The notes below the pieces were generated by a model. That model searched no databases and was not told the DNA's origin. It worked only from the letters and a program-made list of their open reading frames with translations. A stretch of DNA of 64,000 nt from Promethearchaeota archaeon (GTDB lineage Archaea; Asgardarchaeota; Lokiarchaeia; Sigyniarchaeales; SOKP01): NCBI GenBank assembly GCA_048941285.1, contig JBHLNS010000002.1, positions 1-64,000 of the forward strand. Direction: 5' to 3'. Shown here piece by piece: positions 1 through 14,900 of this stretch (the first letter of the stretch is position 1; the number at the start of each line of letters is the position of its first letter). Made by a program: the position numbers and the translations under genes.

Positions 1-2990
1 TAAAGTATCATTTGCATAAAAATTAATTTGAAAGGGACCCTGATCTAAACTATTCCATATATCATTGTCTAATACAGGGTCCAGTTCTGTTATTTGGATT
101 TCATATGATCCAATGCTGTACCATAATGAATCAAAATTAGGATCTAAAGCATACACATCTAAAATGGGCGGTTTGTTATGATATGTGTTATTATAAGGCT
201 TGTCGAATACAATAATAGGTGCTATTGTATCTTTATATAGCACTAAAGTAAAAAGATTATTGAGATGACCAAATGTATCATTTGCATAAATGAAAATTTG
301 ATACAGACCTTCGGGTAATTCATTCCAAATTATCCAGTCGAGTGATTGATCAGTATTATTTGTTATAATTATATTTTTTATTCCATTTCCATACCAAAGA
401 GTATCAAAATTTGGATCAAAACAAGCAATATTAAATATTGGAGGTGAATTGCTTGTTGATCCATCTAAAGGTGAATTTATAATGATTAATGGAGCTAATG
501 TATCTTTAAAAATAGTGAATACATAGGTATCATTAATATTTCCAGCAGTATCATTTGCAAAAATATAGATTTTATGTTCCCCTTGTTCCAAGCTGTCCCA
601 TATTAAAGAATCAATCGGTTGTTCAATGCCATTTATCAAGTTGCCGTAAAATGGTCCAATTTCATACCAAAGACTATCCGGATTTGGATCATAAAATGAT
701 ATGTGAAGTAGTGGGGGATTACTCCAATAACCTTCAAAAATTGGAAGATTTATTATTACTTCTGGGACAAAAAGGTCCTTTCTTATTTCAATAGTATCAA
801 AACCAACATTCCCTACAGTGTCATTTACATAAAATTCAATTGTCACTGTCCCATTTCCGTATTCATCCCAAGTTGTTTGATTTATAGGGAGTATAGTAAT
901 TCCATCAGTTTTTATGAAATAATTTTTATGTGAATTTCCCAAAAGAATATACCAAGAATTGTAGACATCTACACTGCCAATATAAACTCTAAACTCTGGA
1001 GCATCATATCCAAAAACTGCATTATTTTCAGGTTTTATGATCGTAATTATGGGGGCACTTAGATCTTTTATGATTATAATCTCTGTGGAATCAAAGTTAT
1101 TCATTAAATCATTTGCGTAAAAGTAAATTGTAACTGTACCATTTCCGACCTCATCCCAAACACTTTGTTCTAAAATTCCCGTCCAAGTATAATTTAGAGT
1201 TGTAACACTGTCATTTTTCAGTTGATACCATATATTATTTAGGTTATTCTCATCAACGAAAATATCGATATCTGGAGCTGATTCACCAAATACATCATAA
1301 GGATCTGGATAATTTATTATTATTTTAGGAGCAATTATATCTTTTCGAACTGGTAGATATTTCACCCCTAGATTGCCCAATGAGTCATTAGCGTAAAATA
1401 TAATATGAATAGTTCCATTTCCTATTTGATCCCAAATACTTTGTTCTATAACTCCCGTCCAAGTACTATTCAAAGTTATTATTGTTCCATTGTATAACTG
1501 ATACCATTTATCAGATAAGTGAGGATCATAAAATTCTACATCGATAATAGGAGAAACTATTCCAAATAAATCATTGGCATTAGGACTATTAATTATTATT
1601 CTGGGAGCAATTACATCTTTTCTCGTTATGAGCTTTTCAGATTCAAGATTGCCTATCATATCATTAGCATAGAAAATAATAGTAACAGTTCCATTCCCAA
1701 TCTCATCCCAGACATTTTTTTCAATAAATCCTGTCCATGAATGATTCGCAGTTGTAATTGTTCCATTATCAATTCGATACCATATGGAATCCAAATTTGG
1801 GTCATCAACATCTAGACCTATATCAGGAGGAATAGTACCATATAAGCTAAAGTTTGAAGGATAATTGATAGAAATAATTGGAGCAATAATATCCTTTCTT
1901 ACTGTTATAAATTTAGATGCGAAATTAGAACGTGAATCATTAGCGTAAAAAATGATATTGACTGTGCCGTTTCCCATTTCTTCCCATACAACTTGAGAGA
2001 GACTCCCTAACCAAGTATGATTTGCTGTAGTCGTAATTCCATTTACTAATTGATACCAAACCGTATCCAGATTACTATCGAATATGTTGATATCTATAGT
2101 TGGGCTTGTAGCTCCAAATAAATCATATGGAGCAGGGCTGGTGATTGTTATTTTTGGTGCAGTTACATCTTTAATGACTGTAACGTCTGAGAATCTTACA
2201 TTCCCTAATGTATCATTAGCATAAAATCTTATTGTTAGTACACCTGATTTAAATTCATCCCAAACAAATTGTGGAATGGTACCAGGCCATATGTAATTTG
2301 CAGTTGATTTGGTGCTATTAAATAATTTGTACCAAATAGAGTCTAAATTAGGATCTTGTATATTTAAATCCACGTTGGGAGGTAATCGTCCAAATAATTC
2401 AAAAGGATATGGTTCGTTTATTGTTATGTCAGGTGCTGTTATATCTTTTCTAACTATAATTGAATTTGACCCAATTTTTCCCATTGAATCATTAGCATAA
2501 AATTCAATTGTAATTAAGCCCGTTTCGAACAAATTCCATGCTGTTTGATCTATTATTCCACTCATTTCGGTAATTGTGAAGTTGGTTATCCCATTGTCCA
2601 AAGTATACCAAATTTTACCTAAATTTTCTTCATTTATCGAAATCTGATAATTTGGTGAGATAGACCCATATAAATCATAATTTTCTGGAGAAACTATAGA
2701 GACTCTTGGGGCTAAAATATCTTTATGCAGATTTAAAAAATTAAGATTGTTGATATTTCCCGCCGAATCGTTTGCGAAAAAGATAATTGTAAAGGGACCT
2801 TCATTGGGCAGCGTATTCCATATCGAAAGTTCAAGAGGTTGTGAAGTTCCATTGATTAAGGTAACTTTAAACCCTCCTATCATATACCATAGCGAATCAA
2901 AATGCATATCCGAAACTGTTGCTTGAATATCTGGTAGGACATCCCAATAAGTATTATTAAGAGGAGAATTAATGATAATATTAGGAGCGG
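1..2990 (-). repeat. Roughly 11 divergent coding Ig-like repeats (type A: KDxxAPxIxIxxP...DPNLDxIWY...WDxxGNGTVTIxFYANDxxGN) in the distal part of the giant protein
   Basis: Recurrent FYAND/WY motifs about every 250-290 bp; similar units recur at ~21930-22750. Confidence 0.75.
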
Positions 2991-5900
2991 ACATGTCGAG
3001 TCCGATAGTATCAGAAAATTGGGAAATTCTACCAATATTATCCTTAATTTCATAATAAACAAGTTTCGAAGCACCTTCTACAGTGGATAATATCCATGAT
3101 TTTGAAGTGCTAGGAGTTTCCCAAGGAGTCCAAGAAATAGCATCATTACTATACCGTACTTGATCGACTCCTGAAGTAAGATCGCTATATGTTAAGGTAA
3201 GGCTCACACTGGGAGAGGTGGTCCATAAATCACCACCATTAATTTCAATTGAACCAGTAGGATCAACTGTATCAAGCCCTATGATGTCAATAAATTGGGA
3301 GGTTCTCCCGGCAGTATCTTTTACTTCATAATAGACAGTTTTCGAGCTTCCATCTCCTGTAGATAATGTCCATGCTTTAGTAGCACTTGGAGTTTCCCAA
3401 GCAACCCAAGAAATGCCATCATTGCTATAACGTACTTGATCCACTCCAGAAGTCCCATCATTATATGTTAACGAAAGGGTCACACTTGTTGAATTTGTCC
3501 AAGAGTTTCCCTCATCGATTTCTATAGTACCTGTGGGGTTAACTGTATCAAGCCCTATACTGTCGATAAATTGAGAAATAAATCCAACATTATCCTTAAT
3601 TTGATAATATATGATTTTAGATCCATCTCCACTTGATAAAGTCCAAACCCGAGTGGCACTTGGAGCTTCCCAAGCAGTCCAAGAAATGGCATCATTACTA
3701 TAACGTACTTCAGCTACTCCTGAGGTAAGATCATTATATGTTAGGTTAATATTCACACTAGTAGAGGTAGTCCATATATCACCATCATTAATTTCAATAG
3801 AGCCTGTAGGACCAACTGTGTCAAGTCCTATTGAATCTGAGAACACAGAAGTTTTACCCGCGTTGTTCTTTATTTCATAATACACTATTTTGGGCCCATC
3901 CCCTCCAGATAACGTCCATGCCTTGGTAGCACTGGGATCTTCCCAACTTGTCCATGAACTACCATCGTTACTATAGCGTACTTGATCCACTCCTGAAGAA
4001 GCATCACTATATGTCAATGTAAGAGTCACACTAACAGAGGTAGTCCACGCATCATTATCATTAATTATTATGGATCCTGTTGGACCAGTTGTATCTAATT
4101 CAATAGTATCAGTATATTGTGTGAAAAATCCAACATTATCTCTAATTTCATAATATACAGTTTTAATACCTTCTCCAGCAGATAATACCCACTCTTTAGT
4201 TGCATTAGGATCTTCCCAACTTGTCCAAGAGCTTCCATCATTACTGTACCGAACCTGGTGTACCCCAGAAGTGGCATCATTATATGTTAATGTAAGAGTT
4301 ACACTAGTAGAGCTTGTCCACGCAACATCATTATTAATTACAATGGAACCTGTAGGACCAGTAGTATCGAGCCCAATAGTGTCAGAAAATTGGGTGATAA
4401 ATCCAACATTATCCTTAATTTCATAATATACACTTTTAGAAGGACTATCTCCTTCAAGTAATGTCCATGCTCTTGTAGTATTAGGAATTTCCCAAGCAGT
4501 CCAAGAAATAGCATCATTGCTGTAGCGTACTTCAGCAACTCCTGAAGTATCATCAGTGTAGGTTAAAGTAAGAGTAATATCAATAGAAATAGTCCATAAA
4601 TCACCACCATTAATAACAATAGATCCCAAAGGACTAATTGTGTCAAGTCCGATTGTATCTGAAACTATAAAAGTCCTCCCTGCATTATCTCTTATTTCAA
4701 AATATACAGTTTTAATTCCTTCTCCTCCAGATAATGTCCATACTCTAATAGCAGTTGGAACTTCCCAACTAGTCCATGAGTTTCCATCATTACTATATCG
4801 TACTTGATCAATTCCGGAAATGGCATCATTATATGTTAGGGCAAGGCTAACGGTAGCAGAATTCGTCCAGGCGTCACCATCATTGATTTCAATGGTACCT
4901 GTAGGATCAGTACTATCCAGTTGAATAGTATCAATAATTTGAAATGTTAATCCTGCATTATCTATCATTTCATAATATACGGTCTTAAGTCCCTCTCCCG
5001 AAGATAATATCCATTCTTTAATAGCGCTAGGAGCCTCCCAGCTTGTCCATGAACTACCATCATTACTATAACGTACTTGATAAACTCCAGAAGTAGTATC
5101 AAGATAATTTAAGGTAAGGGTTACACTTGTGGAATTCGTCCAGGCATCGCCATTTTCGATTTCGATAGATCCAGTAGGATCAACAGTATCCAACCCAATA
5201 GTGTCTGTATCTTGAAAAATAGAACCTGCATTGTTCCTAATTTGATAATAAACAGTTTTAGAGGCTGTATCTCCTGAAGGGATAGTCCACGCTTTTGTAT
5301 CAACTGGATCTTCCCAATCTGTCCAGAGAATACCATCATTACTATATCGTACTTGATCCACTCCAGAAGAAGCATCACTATATGTCAATGTAAGAGTTAC
5401 ACTAATGGAAGTAGTCCACGCATCATCATTGTTAATTATAATAGACCCTGTAGGACCTGTGGTATCTAGTTCAATCGTATCAGAAACTTGTAAAACTTTA
5501 CCTGCGTTATCCTTTATTTCATAATATACAGTTTTAATCCCATCACCAGAAGTTAGTGTCCAAATCCGAGTTGGACTAGGATCTTCCCAAGCAGTCCATG
5601 AGCTACCATCATTACTATAGCGTACTTGATCCACTCCTGATGTGCCGTCGTTATATGTTAGGGTAAGACTTACATTAATGGAACTGGTCCAGCTATTTCC
5701 ATTATTAATTATTATAGATCCTGTAGGATTAGTTGTATCCAATCCAATTGTATCATTATCTTGAAAAGTTAAACCAGCTTTATCCCTTATTTCATAATAC
5801 ACTGTTTTAAGAGGCGCATCTCCTGCTGGTAATATCCATATTCTAGTACTAATAGGTGTTTCCCAAGCACTCCATGTACTACCATCATTACTGTATCGGA

Positions 5901-8900
5901 CTTGGTCCACTCCAGAGGTTACGTCGTTATATGTTAATGTAAGAGATACACTGGTAGAGGTTGTCCAAATATCATCGACATTAATTACTATAGAACCATT
6001 AGGATTAACTGTATCGAGCCCAATTGTATCTGAGAACACAGCGGTTCTTCCAATATTATCCCTTATTTCATAATACACGCTTTTAGATCCATCTCCCGGT
6101 GTAAGTGTCCAAACCCGAGTGCTATCAGGGGCTTCCCAACTTGTCCATAAACTGCCATCATTACTATAACGTACTTGATCCACTCCGGAAGTGGCATCAT
6201 TATATGTCAGTGTAAGAGTGATACTCGTGGAACTGGCCCAACCATCACCATTGTTAATTATAATGGAACCTGAGGGACTAGTAGTATCCAGTCCAATATT
6301 ATCAGTATCTTGATAAGTTAATCCTGCATTATCTCTTATTTGATAATAGACGGTTTTAACACTGCTATCTCCTGTTGTTAATACCCATACCTTATTACTG
6401 CTAGGAGCTTCCCAACTTGTCCATGAGCTGCCATCATTACTATAGCGTACTTGGTCCACTCCAGAAGTCGCATCATCATACGTCAGATTGAGTGTTATAC
6501 TGGTAGTATTAGTCCATATATTACCACCATTAATTTCAATAGAACCTGAAGGAATAACTGTATCCAAACCAATAGAATCAGTAACTTGAATGGTCATACC
6601 AGCATTGTTCCTTATTTCATAATATACAGTCTTAAGCCCATCCCCAGAAATAACGATCCAAGGGCGGGTATCAGTAGGATCTTCCCAATCAGTCCATGAA
6701 ATTCCGTCGTTACTATACCGTACTTTATCCACTCCAGAAGAAGCATCGTTATATGTTAAAGTAAGAGTCACACTAGGAGAGGTGGTCCACGCATTATTAT
6801 TGTTAATTATTATGGAGCCTGTAGGGCCTGAAGAATCTAATTCAATAGTATCAGAAGTTTGATAAATTAAACCTGCATTATCCTTTATTTCATAATATAC
6901 AGTTTTAATTCCATCACCAGAAGTTAATGACCAAGCTCGTGTGGGATTAGGATCTTCCCAGGCAGTCCATGAACTGCCATCATTACTGTAACGTACTTCA
7001 ACCACTCCTGAAGTAATATCATTGTAAGATAAAGATAATATTACGCTTGTAATGTTTGTAAATGCATCGCCATCATTGATTTCAATAGATCCCATTGGAG
7101 TCATGGTATCAAGTCCAATAGTGTCTATAAATTGAGAGATTATTCCCGAATTATCTCGTATTTCGTAATACACAATTTTTGAAGCATCATCTCCCCCTAG
7201 TAATGTCCATACTTTAGTAGAACTGGGAACAACCCATGAAGTCCAGGAATCACCGTCATTACTATAACGTACTAAATGGACTCCTGAAGTAGCATCATTA
7301 TAAGTTAAGTATAATAATATACTTGTGGTGTTCGTCCATAAATCACCACCATTAATTTCAATAGAGCCTGTAGGACCTACTGTGTCAAGCCCTATAGTAT
7401 CGGTAAATTGAGAGGTTCTTCCAGAATTATCTTTCACCTCAAAATAAACTGTTTTAGAAACAGAATCACCTCCAAGTAATGTCCAAGCTTTAGTGGTGCT
7501 AGGTGCTTCCCAAGCGGCCCAGGTCAAACCATCATTGCTGTATCTTACTTCCACCACACCTGAAGTGGCATCGTTATATGAAAGAGTAAGAGACACACTA
7601 GTAGAACCGGTCCATGTGGCGCCCCCATTAATTGTAATAGAACCCGTAGGATTAGTTGTATCCAACCCAATTGTATCAATAATTTGAAAAGTTAATCCCG
7701 CATTATCTCTTATTTCAAAATATACAGTCTTAATTCCATCTCCTATGGGTAATAACCAAGCTCTTGAAGCACCGGGAGCTTCCCAAGCAGTCCAAGAAAT
7801 ACTATCATTGCTGTATCGTACTTCAGCTACACCTGAAGTAGCATCAAAATATGTTAATGTAAGAGAGACGCTTGCGGAGGTAGTCCATGCATCACCACCA
7901 TTAATAACGATAGAACCCGTAGGATCAGTAGTATCCAACCCAATAATATCAAAATCTTGGAAGATTAAACCGGCAGTGTCTCTTATTTCATAATATACAG
8001 TTTTAGTTCCATCTCCAACAGGTAAGACCCATGATCTAATATCACCGGGATCTTCCCATGCAGTCCAAGAGATACCATCATTACTAAATCGCACTTTATC
8101 AACTCCAGAAGTATTATCAATATAGGTTAACGAAAGAGTCACCCCAACAAAGTCAGTCCATGCATCATCGTTATTTATTTCGATAGATCCTGTAGGATTT
8201 ATAGTATCAAGTCCTATAACATCGATAAATTGAGAGATTCTCCCAGTATTATCTTTGACTTCATAATAAACCATTTTGGAGTCTCCGTCTCCCTCAGACA
8301 ACGTCCATTCTTTTATTGTTCCAGGAGCTTCCCAAGCAGTCCATGAAATGCCATCATTACTATAACGTACTTCTGCTACTCCAGAAGTAGCATCATCATA
8401 AACTAAATATAATAATACGCTCGTGGAAGTTATCCATGGATCTTCTCCATTAATATTGATTGAACCAGTAGGATTTACTGTATCAAGTCCAATTGTATCT
8501 GAAAAAATTGAGCTCCTTCCAGCCCCATCCAGGAGTTTGAAGTAAACAGGTTTAGAGCTTCCATCTCCCAGAGGTAAAATCCATGCTTTCGCTGCAGTGG
8601 GAGCTTCCCAAGCAGTCCAGAAGATACCATCATTACTATAGGCCACATCAACCACACCAGAAGTTGCATCGCTATAACTTAAAGAGAGTAATACATTTGT
8701 GGAATTCGACCACGTTTCATCACTATTAATCACAATCGAACCTAGAGGATCAACGGTATCAAGTCCAATTGTATCCGAAAAGACAGAAGTTCTTCCTGTA
8801 TTATCTTTCACCTCGTAATACACAATTTTAGAGAGCGAATCACCCACGGGCAAGATCCATGATCTCGTAGCACTAGGATCTTCCCAATTAGTCCAAGACA

Positions 8901-11900
8901 AGGTGTTATTACTAAACCGTACTTGATCTACGCCAGAAGTAGCATCATTAAATGTCAATGATAGAACAACACTAGGTGAGGTAGTCCATAAATCGCCCCC
9001 ATTGATTGTAATGGATCCCGTAGGATTAAGGGTATCTAGTCCAATAGTATCAATATATTGCGTGGAGAAGCCAACATTATCTCTTATTTCATAATAAACA
9101 GTTTTAGATCCATCCCCAGAAGGTAATGTCCATGCTCGAGTACTGCTTGGACTTTCCCAAGCAGTCCATGAGATTCCATCATTACTATATCGTACATCTG
9201 CTACACCAGCACCATCATCATTATATATCAGGGTAAGGGTCACACTGGGAGAGGTGGTCCACATATCATTATTGTTAATTATGATAGATCCTGTTGGACC
9301 AGTAGTATCCAATCCAATAGTATCAGTAGTTTGAAATATTAATCCTGCATTGTCCCTAATTTCATAATATACAATTTTGGATCCATCCCCTGAAGCTAGT
9401 GTCCACGTTCGGGTAGGACTAGGATCTTCCCAACCTGTCCAAGAGCTACCATCATTGCTGTAACGTACTTCACTTACGCCAGAAATCGCATCGTTATATG
9501 TTAGAGTAAGAACCACACTAGCAGATGTAGTCCATACATCATAATTATTAATTAATAAAGAACCTGTTGGCTCAGTATTATCTAATCCAATAGTATCATT
9601 ATCTTGAAATGTTAAACCAGCATTATCTCTTATTTCGCAATATACAATCTTAGATCCTTCACTAGGAGTGAGTGTCCAAGCGCGAGTGTAACCAGGATCT
9701 TCCCAGCTTGTCCAAGAGATGCCATCATTACTAAAACGAACTTGATCTACCCCAGAAGTGACATCATTATACGTTAATGTAAGATTAATATTAGTAGAAG
9801 TAGTCCATGCATCATCATCATTAATTATAATCGAAACTGAAGGTTTAGTGTTATCAAATCCAATAGAATCACTGGCTTGAAAGGTTAAGCCAACTTGATC
9901 CCTTAATTCATAATATACTGTTTTAAGACCATCACCAGAAGTGAGTGTCCATCCGCGAGTGTCACCAGGATCTTCCCAACTTGTCCAAGAAACACCGTCA
10001 TTACTAAAGCGTACTTTATCAATCCCCGAGGTAGCATCATTATATGTCAATGTAAGGGTAACGGTTGATGAAGTAGTCCATGCATCATCATTGTTAATTA
10101 TAATGGAACCAGTAGGAGCTGATGTGTCAAGCCCTATAGTATCATTAAATTGAGAAGTTCTCCCAGCATTATCTTTAACTTCATAATAGATAAACTTAGA
10201 AATTCCATCACCTAAAGACATAATCCAGGCTTTTGTAGCACTTGGATCCTCCCAACTTGTCCATGAATTGCCATCATTACTGTAACGTACTTGATCGACC
10301 CCAGAAGTTGCATCATTGTATGTCAACATAAGCGTTACACTAGTTGAGGCAGTCCAAAAAGCATCATTATTAATAATAATAGATCCAGTAGGATTTAAAG
10401 TATCAAGTCCTATATTATCTGAAAAAATAGATTTTCTCCAAACATTGTCTCTTATTTCATAAAAAACAGTCTTGGATCCATCTCCAGTATTAAGTGTCCA
10501 AGCACGCGTATCACTTGGATCCTCCCAAGCAGTCCAAGAACTACCATCATTACTAAAACGTACTTTATCAATGCCAGAAACTCCATCACTATAAGTTAAT
10601 GTAAGAACTACATCTATTGAAGTGGTCCAGACATCATTAATGTTAATAGCTATGGATCCTGTAGGGGCGCTAATATCTAGTTCAATAATATCGGTAGTTT
10701 GAAAAATTAAACCAGCATTATCCTTTATTTCATAAAATACAGTCTTTATTCCCTCCCCTGAAGAAAGGATCCAAGCCCGAGTATCAGTGGGATCTTCCCA
10801 AGCAGTCCATGAAATTCCATTGTTACTATAACGTACTTTTGTTATCCCAGAAGTAACATCACTATACGTTAAATATAATAATACACTCGTGGAATTTATC
10901 CAAGGATCTTCACCACTGATTTGGATTGATCCAACAGGATTTATAGTGTCGAGTCCAATAGTATCTGTCGTTTGAAAGATTAGACCCGCATTATCTTTTA
11001 TTTCATAATATACTATCTTTGAAGCTGCATCTCCAGCAGGTATTATCCATACTTTAGTTGTGCTAGGCGCTTCCCAGCTAGTCCATGAGCTGCCATCATT
11101 ACTATAACGTACTCCATTAATTCCAGAAGTAGCATCATTATAGCTTAAAGATAATATTACCGAAGTAGAATTAGTCCATGTATCACCCCCACTAATTTCA
11201 ATAGATCCTATAGGGTCTACCGTATCAAGCCCGATAGAATCAGAAAAAACAGAAGTCCTTCCGGCATTATCTCTTAATTCATAATATACAGTCCTAGATC
11301 CAGCTCCTACAGTAAGAACCCATGCTCTACTGACACTAGGAACCTCCCAAACGGTCCATGAACTGCCATCATTACTATATCGCACTTCCGCTAAACCAGA
11401 AGTTGCATCATTAAATGTCAACGTAAGAATTACACTGGTTGAGTTAGTCCATGCATCATTATCGTTGATTATGATAGAACCAGTGGGATCCCCTGTATCA
11501 AGCCCTATAATATCAGTAGCTTGAAAGATTAAACCCGCATTATCTCTTATTTCATAAAACACGGTTTTGGAAGCTGCATCTCCAGTAGGTAATATCCATG
11601 CTTTAGTAGTACCTGCAATTTCCCAAGTAGTCCATGAGCTACCATCATTACTAAATCGCACTTTATCAACCCCAGAAGTAAGATCATCATATGTTAATGT
11701 GAGAGTAACACTAGTTGAGGTACTCCATTCTTCCCCACCATTAATTTCTATCGATCCGGTGGGTGTTGATGTGTCAAGCCCAATGACATCCATGAATTGA
11801 GCTATTCTCATAGCGTTGTCTTTTACTTCATAATATACTATCTTAGGTGTTCCATCCCCAGCTGGTAATATCCATGCTTTTGTGGCACTAGCAGCTTCCC

Positions 11901-14900
11901 AAGCTGTCCAAGAAATGCCATCCTGGCTGTAACGTACTTCACGGATTCCAGAAGTAGCATCATTATATGTTAAAGTGAGACTTACACTAGTAGTATTAGT
12001 CCATGCATCATTATCGTTAATAATTATGGATCCTATAGGATTTACCGTATCAAGACCAATCGTATCAATAAACTGAGATATTCTCATGGCATTATCTTTA
12101 ACTTCATAATATACTGATTTGGAAGCTGCATCTCCCGAAGATAATAACCAAGCATAAGAACCACTAGGTGCCCCCCAAGCTGTCCAAGATATTCCATTAT
12201 TGCTGTAACGTACTTCTAATACTCCAGAAGTAGCATCATCATATGTTAAAGTGAGAATTACACTAGTAGTATTAGTCCATATATCGTTGTTATTGATTTC
12301 AATCGAGCCAGTCGGATTTTCTGTATCAAGGCTAATTGTGTCGGTAAATTGTGAAATCTTACCAGCCAAATTCCTTATTTCATAATAAACAGTTTTGGAT
12401 CCATCCCCAGATGTAAGTATCCAACCTCTCGTAGCCAGAGGGGCTTCCCAAACAGTCCATGAACTGCCATCATTACTATAGCGTACTTGATCCACACCAG
12501 AAGTGACATCTTCATATGTTAAAGTGAGTGTTACACTTGTAGTGTTAGTCCATTCATCACCATTATTAATTTCTATGGAACCTGTAGGTCCAGTTGTATC
12601 AAGTTCAATAGAATCAGCATCTTGAAAAATTAAACCTGCATAATCTATTATTTCATAATATACAGTCTTAGATCCATCCCCAGAAGAAAGGATCCACGCT
12701 TTGCTATCAGTAGGAGTTTCCCATGCAGTCCATGAACTCCCTTCATTCATATAGCGTACTTGGTATACGCCAGAAGTGACATCATTATAAGTTAAAGTAA
12801 GAGTTACGCTAGTAGAGCTAGTCCAAGTATCGCCATTATTAATCTCAATTGAACCAGAGGGAATCACTGTATCAAGTCCAATATTGTCATAAAATTGAAC
12901 AACTCGCTCTGCCATATCTTTTATTTCATAATATACCACCTTAGATATGTCATCTCCTGCAGACAAGGTCCATGATTTAGAAGTACTTGCAGTTTCCCAG
13001 GCGGTCCATAAGCTTCCATCATTACTATACCGTACTTGATACACACCAGAAGTCGCATCATTAAATGTCAAAGTAAGTGTCACATCATTAGAAGTACTCC
13101 AAGCATCGTTATTGTTAATAATTATGGATCCTGTTGGATCAGCTGTATCAAGTCCTATAGTGTCAAAAGTTTGATAGATTAAACCCGCACTATCTCTTAT
13201 TTCGTAATACACGGTTTTCGAAGTTGCATCCCCAGCTGCTAAGGTCCATGATTTAGAATTACTCGCGGTTTCCCAGGTAGTCCATGAGCTACCATCATTA
13301 CTATACCGTACTTGGTTCACACCAGAAGTTAAATCGTTATAAGTTAATGTAAGAGTTACACTGGTAGAATTACTCCATATAGCATCATTGTTAATTAAAA
13401 TGGTTCCTGTAGGATCTGCAGTATCAAGTCCTATAATATCAAAAGTTTGATAGATTAAGCCCGCATTATCTCTTATTTCATAATACACGGTTTTCGAGGC
13501 TGCATCTCCAGCTACTAAGATCCATGATTTAGAAATACTTGCAGTTTCCCAGGTAGTCCATGAGCTACCATCATTACTATATCGTACTTGATTCACTCCC
13601 GAAGTCGCGTCATTAAACGTCAATGTAAGAGTTACGCTAGTTGAGGTACTCCAATCTTCCCCACTATTAATTTCTATCGATCCTGAAGGGGTAAATGTAT
13701 CAAGACCAATAGTATCCGTAAATTGAGCTGTCCTCATAGCGTTATCTTTGACTTCATAATATACTACCTTGGGAGTTCCATCCCCAGCTGGTAATATCCA
13801 TGCTCTGGTAGCACTAGGCGCTTCCCAAGCTGTCCAAGAAATACCATCTTGGCTGTAGCGTACTTCAAGGACTCCAGAAGTGGCATCATTATAGGTTAAT
13901 GCAAGAGATACACTCGTAGTGTTACTCCATGCATCATTATCATTAATAATTATAGATCCTGTAGGATTTACCGTATCAAGACCAATAGTATCAGTAACTT
14001 GAAAGATTAAACCAGCATTATCTTTTATTTCATAATATACAATTTTCGAACTTCCCTCTCCTGAGGGTAATATCCATGCTTTTGTAGCACTAGGTGATTC
14101 CCAAGAGGACCAAACACTTCCATCATTACTATAGCGTACTCGATAAACTCCAGAAGTGACATCATTATAAGTTAAAGATAATATTACATTAGTGGAATTT
14201 GTCCAGATATTACCACCATCTATTTCAACAGATCCAGTAGGATTTAAAGTATCAAGCCCTATTACGTCAGAAAAGATAGAAATTCTCTGAGCATTATCTC
14301 TAATCTTGAAATATACTGTTTTAGGGGTTCCATCGCCAGAAGATAACGACCATACTCTTGTAGCACTTGATGCCTCCCAAGCGGTCCAAGAACTTCCATC
14401 ATTACTAAAACGTACTTTATCAATGCCAGAAGTGGCATCGTTATAGTTTAATGTGAGAGATACGCTGGTTGTATTAGCCCAACTATCACCATCATTGATT
14501 ATGATGGATCCTGTTGGATTTACTGTATCAAGTCCTATTATATCTGAAAACCTAGATACTCTTTGAGCGTTATCTCTAACTTCGAAGTATACAAATCTGG
14601 GAGTTCCATCGCCGGAAGGAAGTGTCCAAGCTCGAGTATCACTAGCTGTTTCCCATGGAGTCCAAGAAATGCTATCATTACTATAGCGTACTTGATCAAC
14701 TCCAGAAGTGGCATCATTGTAAGTTAATGCGAGTGCTACGCTGGTTGTATTAGTCCAACTATCACCATCATTGATTATGATGGATCCTGTGGGATCTGCT
14801 GTATCAAGCCCTATCATATCATAATCTTGAAAAGTTAGACCAGCATTATCTTTTATTTCAAAATAAACAGTTTTAGAAGCACCATCTCCCGCTGGTAATG